A stretch of 64,000 bases of DNA from Leidyana gryllorum EB-2025a. Its lineage: Eukaryota; Protista; Apicomplexa. Made by a program: the position numbers and the translations under genes. Below the pieces are notes generated by a model that worked only from the letters and a program-made list of their open reading frames with translations, searched no databases and was not told the origin of the DNA. The DNA is taken from contig JBLWGC010000205.1 in the NCBI GenBank assembly GCA_048772705.1, positions 1 to 64,000 on the forward strand, read 5' to 3'. Every line of letters begins with the position of its first letter. The stretch's first letter is position 1. Shown piece by piece: positions 56,173 to 64,000 of this stretch.

Positions 56173-56436
56173 ATGGGAACGATCATGGTTGGACTATTAT
56201 ATGAGCGAACAATGTCATTGGCAGGCGTGTTACTGGCGTTTATTGGAGCAATGTACAGTTGTATGGAATTTTTCTCGATGATACCATCATCGACGGCATC
56301 AAATCACCCAAAGATGGTTGCGTTTGACTGGCAGAAGGAGTTTCAAATGGCTATGCAGCCGGAACATATTGCAGAAGGACCAAGTTGCACCCACACCCAA
56401 ACACACGGCGGAGAATGTTGCTGTGGAAGCGGATAG
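56173..56436 (+). CDS. Possible small membrane protein
   Basis: 87 aa, one hydrophobic segment, aaaaATG context, His/Cys tail. Confidence 0.35.
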   Translation: MGTIMVGLLYERTMSLAGVLLAFIGAMYSCMEFFSMIPSSTASNHPKMVAFDWQKEFQMAMQPEHIAEGPSCTHTQTHGGECCCGSG

Positions 56437-57371
56437 TTGTGATAGCGGCATTGTGTTCGGATGCGGCGTTAGTGAATGACAGAGAAGGCGACAAAGCCGC
56501 TTTAGATCGGCTTGAGCGTTTGCGTCAGGCTGAATATCTGGCAGCTGGTGTTGAAGGAGACGACGCTTCATGGGTTGGAAAGACTCCAGACCCGTGGGCT
56601 GAAGAAGATTTGGCGCAACTGGGTCCAGCGTTCGCGTGGATTGGTCGGGATCCGGCTTTAAGAAATGCAGCACACACTGATGCATTGTTTAATATTAGTC
56701 GCACTGAGCTCCAATGGACGACAGCTCCACTGGTTGAGATGTCCTTCTGGAAACTAATAGCGATGACATACGAAAGAGTGAAATATATCTATTATAACAA
56801 CGTGTTGGAGTTGGGTACTCGAGTGCCGAGCGATCGACGAATGGGTCTGAGGATGCATAGAATCGTTGAGGGAGGCTGCAGAGCAGGGAATCCCCCACCT
56901 TTCGAACAGCACTTGGCAGAGCGACTCAACTGGGCAATGCTCTTCGTGTTACCCCTACGCCAACTTTTATATTCAGATCTCACTGGTGCCTCAGCGCAGT
57001 CCACCTGGATGACAAAGCGAGGCAGAGAGGCCAGAATGTCCGATCCTTCTATTCCATACAGCACTATTCTGTCACATCGCTACAGCTCTCCCGTATTCAA
57101 GCAGCACGGACGTCCCAGACACTGGGGATCGCTCAGTCAATTAGCCTTCTTCAAACATCAACTCGATCAACTTGACAAAATTTCACCCTTCGGCCGGCAA
57201 CTGATGCCTCTCTACAACATATTCTACCCGTCCAAACTGACTGGAGCCGACCAGCGACAACCTCATTACCACATACGTACCTGGGAGAACGATGACTCTA
57301 GCGATCTGTACATTAGGGTGCTGAACCTGGTGGCCGTCTGTCTGGCCGAACATGACGCCCTCGCTGACTAG
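56415..57371 (+). CDS. Secreted hypothetical protein
   Basis: MLLWKRIVVIAALCSDAA signal-like start. About 318 aa, uninterrupted, globular composition. Confidence 0.6.
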   Translation: MLLWKRIVVIAALCSDAALVNDREGDKAALDRLERLRQAEYLAAGVEGDDASWVGKTPDPWAEEDLAQLGPAFAWIGRDPALRNAAHTDALFNISRTELQWTTAPLVEMSFWKLIAMTYERVKYIYYNNVLELGTRVPSDRRMGLRMHRIVEGGCRAGNPPPFEQHLAERLNWAMLFVLPLRQLLYSDLTGASAQSTWMTKRGREARMSDPSIPYSTILSHRYSSPVFKQHGRPRHWGSLSQLAFFKHQLDQLDKISPFGRQLMPLYNIFYPSKLTGADQRQPHYHIRTWENDDSSDLYIRVLNLVAVCLAEHDALAD

Positions 57372-57621
57372 CAGCAGCCCCAACCAGCAGCAGGCAGAGA
57401 GAAAGGTGAAGAATCAACATCAATGCCACCACAATCGTACGAACAAAGTGTGGAATCGTGAAAATGCTCACACTTTGCTTCGACCGCCTGGAGACAGCTC
57501 TGCTCCCACTCTCCTTGCGGCCGCCATCAAATCCTCCGAGCTCCAAAATTAAAACGCTTTCAAGTTGACACGTCATTATCCCAACAGCAGCAGCAGCAGC
57601 CAACGAACTCTTTCTTTTACA

Positions 57622-59310
57622 ATGATGGGGACTGATTATGCTGCTGTCGAGTCGTCCCGGTTAAGTGTGAAACGCACTGTATCTACCCGTGCGGGTACAT
57701 ATCGGACTGTGTGGCCGCCGACAAAGGCGCAGATCAGGTCTACCAACCACCTCAGAAATGTCTTTGATACCTTAGCGCAGGCCTTCCGAACTCTAGACTA
57801 CTCCGCCGGTTATGGCGACCCCGTCGACGCAGCCCCCACCCCCCACCAATCTTTCAAATCTGTCTATCTCGAGGAGTGCAGGCGCCAGAAGGCCACTCCT
57901 CACCAGCTATCCGCCCACTATGATGACATTCTGGGCCTTCAATCCCCACCACCGCCTCAATCCTCCTCGCCTGCACAAACTCCTTCTCTCTCCCCCTGCA
58001 GCCCCACGGAGACGCCTCTGACTCCACTCCGTGAAGGCGAAGCTGCATATTCCCCCTCTTCACTCGGAGCGCATTCGACGTCCCCAACACCCCATCGAGA
58101 CTCTTCTCCATCGTCCTCGTCCCCCTGCCGCTCGTCGTCGTCCTCTTCAGCTACCTCGGCTCGTCAACAAGAAGCAGAAGACACTCTCTCGCCGCTCTAC
58201 GGATATGGAATTCCTTCTCCCCCCCGCTCCCACCCGCTCGTACCCAAATTGAACCTCTCCGCGGTTCAACACGACCAGCCGACTCCCTTATGCCAATGCC
58301 TACACTGCGGGGGGGGGTGCAACGAAGCGGAACCCCCTCTCGGCGACCAGCAGTATCTCGAAACCGTAGATATGGTTACAAATATGGCCGAGTCCCTCCT
58401 CGCACTCAGTGAGCACGTCAAGATCAAAGTCGAAGAAGTCTACAATGGTCAACTGTTCGAAACAAATATGCGCATCAGAGACCTCGAACGCCAAAAGAGC
58501 CAAGATCAACAAGCCATCATCGCTGCCGAAGAGGCGCTCGAACGATATGCTCAAGAATGTGCAGAACGCAAACTCGCTCTCAAGACTAAACAGCCTTCTA
58601 TCGCTGATCAAGACGAGACGCCATCAATGCCACCCCTCGATACCACCCCACTGCCCTCATCTCGCGCTAACTGGCTGCAACCACGACGATCAATCCAATT
58701 CGGCCTTCAGCACGTTGATAATGTCTCCTTGACCCCATCACGCCCTCAATTGACCACTACCCATGTCCAAACCCAACGCCTATCAATCATTCCGGCTCCT
58801 CCAATACATCAGGCCACCTCCACCGATACGGTATCACAATGGCTCCGCCCGACAAAAGTCGAGACAATCGTCTCTATCGCCCCCACACCCAGACGACACA
58901 CCCTCAGTCCGAGCACATCTCTCCACGTCGATTCCTCCACCAATCGTGACCGCGAACGTCACTCAACTCTAACACTTGACCCCATCAATATACATCCTGT
59001 GCCCTCCAAGAAGTATAATGTGTACTCCTTCTTCAGCCCCACACGTGAACAGAAGGCTGCAGACACTCGTCCGCGCTCCGCTTCCACTCATGAGCCCACC
59101 AATCCGCTCCGTATCACCATCTTCCGATTCTGGCCGATGGGACTGGGACGCCACACGGTATGTGGCCTACCCCCAAACGATAGCCCTACTGCTGCTCATC
59201 CTCCAAGACCAGCCGCCGCTCCCATAAGCACCAATTGCCTCACTCAAGTTCTCGATAGTTGTTTTCAAAGAACTGTTGCCCCGCTTAACAACACCACCAA
59301 TACTACTTAG
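57622..59310 (+). CDS. Ser/Pro-rich coiled-coil hypothetical protein
   Basis: Long ORF with a central coiled coil (TNMRIRDLERQK...). Confidence 0.6.
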   Translation: MMGTDYAAVESSRLSVKRTVSTRAGTYRTVWPPTKAQIRSTNHLRNVFDTLAQAFRTLDYSAGYGDPVDAAPTPHQSFKSVYLEECRRQKATPHQLSAHYDDILGLQSPPPPQSSSPAQTPSLSPCSPTETPLTPLREGEAAYSPSSLGAHSTSPTPHRDSSPSSSSPCRSSSSSSATSARQQEAEDTLSPLYGYGIPSPPRSHPLVPKLNLSAVQHDQPTPLCQCLHCGGGCNEAEPPLGDQQYLETVDMVTNMAESLLALSEHVKIKVEEVYNGQLFETNMRIRDLERQKSQDQQAIIAAEEALERYAQECAERKLALKTKQPSIADQDETPSMPPLDTTPLPSSRANWLQPRRSIQFGLQHVDNVSLTPSRPQLTTTHVQTQRLSIIPAPPIHQATSTDTVSQWLRPTKVETIVSIAPTPRRHTLSPSTSLHVDSSTNRDRERHSTLTLDPINIHPVPSKKYNVYSFFSPTREQKAADTRPRSASTHEPTNPLRITIFRFWPMGLGRHTVCGLPPNDSPTAAHPPRPAAAPISTNCLTQVLDSCFQRTVAPLNNTTNTT

Positions 59311-60403
59311 CGGTCCCCCGTCGAGGCGTTTCCTGCTCGTCGCCCAGAGTGAATGCCGACACTGGCGCCACAGATCTAACAGATCTAGTAGACATTCTCC
59401 CGGTAGTGCCCACTGATGTGTGTCGATGTGCAGCTGACTGCAAAGAGTTCCTGCGGGCTGTCCCGATCCATTGCGCTGCTTCCCTCTCGTACTCCCTTCT
59501 TCTACGTCGTCTCACAACTGCATAGACAGTCGCTCCGCTCAAAAGAAACAAAAAGACTGTCAGTACGATTATGACAACGAGTGTATCGTTCTGGTTCTTT
59601 CCGTGCTGAGGTATTTCGGGGGAGGGCGACCACCGAGGGGACTCGGCCAATCCAGCCACCGACTCTTCACCACCCAAAGTGCTCAATTTCTTCCCTAAAC
59701 AATCGCTCAGACCGGAAGCAGCGGCTGAGATTATCGGCAGCGGTACCAACTGCCCTAATCCCGAGCTGTCCAATATTTGTCGCCACCACTGTTCTGCGTG
59801 GGGCGACACAGCCACCACCAGAGAGTTGGCTAATTGCTTGAGCAGCCCAGTGGCTTCGATCTCCGTAGGCGGCTTTTGACAGGTCTTCGCAGCGTTGGTG
59901 GTGCCATTTTTCAATTCACCTTCACTCATCTTGTGAATCTGCCATCCATTCTCGACTACGTCCTGACTGTGATCTGCACCGTCGAGTCCTCCCTCGATTT
60001 GCGGTTCATTTGTAGAGACCAGAATCACACCGTCGATCCCAGGTCTAATCCGATCTTTCAAAGCCTTCAGCGGTCCGAGTGAGTTTTGGGGTGTGTGACC
60101 CGGGATAGTATCAGATGTACTGTCAACCTTCTGTCCATCCTCTGAGTTTGAGCAGTCGGGGACTTGAGCACTCTCCCGAGTGCAATTGGGATCATACGCA
60201 ACATAGCGTACGCTGGTGAAGTTTGCAGCCATTTGGCTCTTTCGCGCGATTTCCTTTATATTGCAACCCAACTTGGCATCGTCGGGGTACAATATGTAAA
60301 GATCACCAACTTCTTCCACTGTCATTCCACAAAATGTGCTGGTCTCCGGATTAAGATATATCTTCTTTTTCGGGTGACATGCGAAGACAATTGGTGACAC
60401 CAT
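59303..60403 (-). CDS. Single-pass membrane hypothetical protein
   Basis: TM 'LVVIIVLTVFLFLLSGATVYAVV' followed by RRRRRR. Confidence 0.6.
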   Translation of the reverse strand: MVSPIVFACHPKKKIYLNPETSTFCGMTVEEVGDLYILYPDDAKLGCNIKEIARKSQMAANFTSVRYVAYDPNCTRESAQVPDCSNSEDGQKVDSTSDTIPGHTPQNSLGPLKALKDRIRPGIDGVILVSTNEPQIEGGLDGADHSQDVVENGWQIHKMSEGELKNGTTNAAKTCQKPPTEIEATGLLKQLANSLVVAVSPHAEQWWRQILDSSGLGQLVPLPIISAAASGLSDCLGKKLSTLGGEESVAGLAESPRWSPSPEIPQHGKNQNDTLVVIIVLTVFLFLLSGATVYAVVRRRRRREYEREAAQWIGTARRNSLQSAAHRHTSVGTTGRMSTRSVRSVAPVSAFTLGDEQETPRRGTAK

Positions 60404-60416
60404 TAGTTTCAGCAAC

Positions 60417-61003
60417 TCAATCTTCTACAGAATGACCATGGCTCATGCTGTGATCTTCGTCTTCATCCTCCTCTTCGTCAGGGAAGTCCATCTCCAGGTC
60501 TTCCAACCCTTCAATGCCCTCCTCACCTTCTTCCATCTCAATCACCTCGCTGTCCGACACGGTGCGAAGAGACCCTTCGTGCTCATTCAAAGCGTTTTGC
60601 ACATTACCGCCCTCCAGATCGAGGTTCTCACGTACTGTGTCGCCTATCTCATGGGCCATCTCCGCGTGTTCTTCCTCCTCGAGTTGGGCTTCTTCGCCTT
60701 CAACTTCCTCTGGAGGGACATCTTCATGGAAGGTGACGGGCATGACATGTGCAGCTGCTCGGAATTCGGGTCTCAAAGGCGTGGTGTTGGGCGCATTCTT
60801 GGCCTCGAAGAGTCCGTTCAAGGCTGCAAAAGACGAGTGATGTTGAATGGGACACGTTAGTGTCGATCACCTTTGTCAATAATTCCGAATTCATCGCTGA
60901 AGTAGCTTTTAAGAGCGTCGATCTTCGCTTTTTCATACGTCAAGCGACCGGGTAACACGGCTGCAGCCAGTAGACAAGCGTCAAAAAGCAAAAAGTACCT
61001 CAT
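60417..61003 (-). CDS. Secreted highly acidic protein
   Basis: Signal MRYFLLFDACLLAAAVLP, one intron, Glu/Asp/His-rich second exon. Confidence 0.55.
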
Positions 61004-61055
61004 CGAACACGTGTGCGGTATGGGGATGTGTGACGCGCAAAGTGCCTCGATCAAC

Positions 61056-61648
61056 ATGCAAGACGACAAGGTGAGGCTGTTGAAGGCAAACTGGACGCTC
61101 GCTAAGTATCCCTACAGTATTGTGTGGACCGGTTTGCCGTGCATCACGGCTTTGTGCCCTGTGATTGGGCACACGGGAATATGTGACGCGAAGGGCACAA
61201 TTTACGACTTTGCTGGGAGCTATACAATAGGCGTTCGGCGATTAACATTCGGAAGGCCGCGTCGATACGTTTCCATTGAGGTACCCGCCGATGGAATTGC
61301 TTGGAATTCCGCAATTAACGATACGAACGCACAATTCAGTCACTTAGCCGTAAGTCGCCTCTGGGGGGTGTTTCACAACCGGGTCAGCACAATTTGGTCA
61401 GCAATAATTGTCACGATCATGTGGCAACAGTGCTGAACCGTGTGAGCTACCGTGGGAAGACTAACTGGTATGTTGAGAGCGGGAGAGGGGGCACTGATGC
61501 GATTAACAGGAGTGCACGGAACGTGGCTTGGTTGGTGTGGAGTGAAGGGCATTGGGTGTCCAGAAAGGCTGCAGTACGAACTTTGGGTCCCTTTGTAGCG
61601 ATACTGGTGGTTGTGGGTGTGACAATTGGACTGGCATGTGGATTGTAA
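61056..61648 (+). CDS. TMEM222: TMEM222/RTE1-like (DUF778) protein
   Basis: YPYSIVWT.LP.IT...P.IGHTGI, YDFAGSY, HNLVSNNCHDHVA. Confidence 0.88.
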
Positions 61649-61716
61649 AGACTTGGAGGTTTCTTTGCCTCTTTTTCTTGCCGTTGGTAGTCCTTATTCC
61701 ACAGCCTGCGGCTCAA

Positions 61717-62567
61717 ATGGGTTTGGGTCGTTTTCAATCTGGGGACTCTTACGGCGGTGAAGGATGTCACTACATCCCGTCTAGCGGCGTGTACAAGTCT
61801 GTTTGTAAGTGAAGAAGAGATTGCTGAGTGTGTTGGAATGATGATGCACTGGCAGGGATCTTTATGCATGGGTTGGGGGACACTTGTGACGGATGGAGGA
61901 GTGCATTTGAGGAGTTTGTCCGGCGCGAATCGAAGATAGCCGAGAACTTCAAGATTATTCTACCAACAGCTCCCATTCGTCCCATAACTCTGGTGAGTGG
62001 TTTTACGGTGTATGTGGTGACTGAAAGTGGGCAGAATCGCGGATGGCCGATGCCAGCTTGGTTTGATCTGGAGAGTTTGGATCAAAAGGGCACAGAGGAC
62101 AAGAAAGGGATCAATGAGTCCGCGGACCGAATTCAAAAGATGATCGATGCCGAGGCTAACGGGAAGGTGTCGAGTCGCCGAATCATCGTTGGAGGGTTCT
62201 CGCAGGGAGCTGCAATGTCTTACTACGTCGGTGTCCGAGGTCTGGAGCCCATTGGAGCCATCACTGCCTTGAGCGGGTGGATGCCGATGCGACAGGAGTT
62301 GGCCCCCAAGATGGACGCGGAAGGGGAGTCCAGGCCTGCGATTATACACTGTCATGGGACAGGTGAGGTACTTGGCTAGCGTATTTATCAATTTGTCTGT
62401 GGTCAACAGCGGATGATATGGTACAGTATGACTTTGGAGCTCAAACAGCAGAGTTGCTCAAGTCGAAAGGTTTCGATATTGAGTTCAAGTCCTACGCCAA
62501 CATGAGTCATTCTACTTGTGCCACAGAGTTAGCCGATCTCTTAGAGTTTGTCCTGAGTCATTCTTGA
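61717..62567 (+). CDS. APT1: Acyl-protein thioesterase/lysophospholipase
   Basis: FMHGLGD, PTAPIRPIT, MPAWFD, GGFSQG, HGTADDMV, MSHS. Confidence 0.9.
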
Positions 62568-62574
62568 TGTGAAA

Positions 62575-63513
62575 ATGGGTGCAACAGAATGTTTATGGAT
62601 TTGTTGTTCCAAGCAGAAGGACCCTGAGATGGACAACGATGAATTACTCGTCGTACGACGATCACAGGAGGAGGACTGCAGGTCCGTAGAAGTTCCTCCC
62701 CTGGCACTGGATTTACTACTTCAGAACCGAAGTTCCTCCCCCCAGCGACAACTGCAACTCCAATCTTCGTTCGGGGGCGTAGCGCCTACCCCAACGGTCC
62801 ATGCAATGATGGCTGACGGTCCCCAAACTGCGCCTTCTTCCGCGCCCAGCGCTGGCATCCATTTCCGACTGCGTAATGTGGAGTTTCCGCCCCAACCCGA
62901 TGATATTGATAATAACTCTCCCATGTGGAGTAATGACATCCCCAATCACTTCAAGTCACCACGCGCTCACCAAAGAAGTGCCACCGGCCACACCAGAGTC
63001 ACCTCCTTCCGCACACCACCCCCTCCACCACACCTGCGCCAGAGCTCTCCGGCCGCATCACCCGGCCCAACGCACACAACTGCTGCCAGCCAAGCCCGAG
63101 CCTCATCGCCGCCCCCTACAGACGCCGATGTGGCGCCGCCTTCGTCAAGGCGTTATCGCCCCACCAATCCTCCGTTGCATTCTGCAAGCACAAGCAGCAG
63201 TCTAGAAAGCCGGGTTGCGATGCTCGAAGCCCAATTGGCCGAGCAAACCCATCGCGAAGAGATCTTACAACTATGGGTGACAGATCAAATGAACAAAGAT
63301 CTTGCACGCACGCGAATCGAGGGCTTATGGTCTGCCATCGCTATCAGTACTTCGAAAACCGATGCTTTTCACATCCTCAGCACATTTCTACAAAGCTGTA
63401 ACACCAAACAGGAAGTCAAAGCCGCTCTGGACATCTGCTACAAGCTTGGCGAAGGGCGGCTACGACGGTCAAAACTAGAACAGGAGGAGTTCACACCAGC
63501 ATGGCGAGATTAG
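62575..63513 (+). CDS. Hypothetical protein with N-terminal acylation motif and coiled coil
   Basis: MGATECLWICCSK, disordered middle, coiled-coil/helical C-terminus. Confidence 0.65.
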   Translation: MGATECLWICCSKQKDPEMDNDELLVVRRSQEEDCRSVEVPPLALDLLLQNRSSSPQRQLQLQSSFGGVAPTPTVHAMMADGPQTAPSSAPSAGIHFRLRNVEFPPQPDDIDNNSPMWSNDIPNHFKSPRAHQRSATGHTRVTSFRTPPPPPHLRQSSPAASPGPTHTTAASQARASSPPPTDADVAPPSSRRYRPTNPPLHSASTSSSLESRVAMLEAQLAEQTHREEILQLWVTDQMNKDLARTRIEGLWSAIAISTSKTDAFHILSTFLQSCNTKQEVKAALDICYKLGEGRLRRSKLEQEEFTPAWRD

Positions 63514-63586
63514 TAGAATGAACAAACTGACGAACCATCTGTTATAATATTAGCCCAAATTTTAGACCGGAATCCAAAGAGCGTAA

Positions 63587-64000
63587 ATGCACTTCCGCCG
63601 ACTTCAGCCATCCGATTTGTACGCCCTGAATCGTGCGAACCTCGATGGGTACACCGAAAACTTCGGAATTCACTTCTACAACACCTATCTAACAAATTGG
63701 CCAGACCTATGTATGGCGGCTGTTGCAAACGATGGCACCATTGCTGCATATATGCTCGGGAAATTAGAAGGTGGCAAGGATGATTGGCATGCACATCTAA
63801 GCTGCATTAGTGTTGCTACTGAATTCAGAGGACTCAAGCTAACTGATCAAATGCTGGATCTGATGCAAGAGGTTGCTATCAAGTACAATTGCAAGTTCAT
63901 TGACCTGTTCGTTCGCACCACGAACACAGCCGCCATTGCGATATATGAGAAACAGGGCTACAAAACCGCCAAGCATCTCCCAGGTTACTATTCCGATGGT
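63587..64000 (+). CDS. NAA20: NatB catalytic subunit-like N-acetyltransferase (runs off window)
   Basis: MHFRRLQPSDL...NLDGYTENF...YLTNWP...YMLGKLEG...WHAHLSCISVATEFRG...IDLFVR..N..AI..YEKQGY. Confidence 0.85.
   Translation, partial: MHFRRLQPSDLYALNRANLDGYTENFGIHFYNTYLTNWPDLCMAAVANDGTIAAYMLGKLEGGKDDWHAHLSCISVATEFRGLKLTDQMLDLMQEVAIKYNCKFIDLFVRTTNTAAIAIYEKQGYKTAKHLPGYYSDG

Overview
Eukaryotic, very gene-dense DNA with many short GT-AG introns (mostly about 35-60 nt). The cGMP-dependent kinase with four cNMP domains and a Thr gatekeeper, the ankyrin-bromodomain protein and the PHD-SNF2 remodeller point to an apicomplexan; a gregarine-like compact genome is my inference. I reconstructed 31 protein genes by hand-splicing the ORF track: importin-4-like, TSR2, PKG, glucosidase II alpha, TFIIIC subunit 6-like, a bacterial-type DUF4241 gene, a PAN/apple mucin, an EF-hand protein, threonine synthase, a BTB-ubiquitin-like fusion, a subtilisin, RPL15, RIC1, SAE1, BDP1, PP5, VPS51, CLPTM1-like, ISWI-like, TRAPPC8, TMEM222, acyl-protein thioesterase, NAA20 and several orphans. 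No rRNA, tRNA, CRISPR or transposase was seen. Main unexplained signals: (1) most of the few long introns fold into stems that loop out the excess back to about the normal intron length; (2) a recurrent CACACGTGTG palindrome, mostly intronic; (3) operon-like packing, with TAA-ATG abutment, an ATGA stop/start overlap, convergent CDS overlaps and divergent ATGs about 50 bp apart; (4) an intronless bacterial-type DUF4241 gene; (5) a 7-nt microexon in the acylated N-terminus of PKG. Exon boundaries are manual and lack transcript support.
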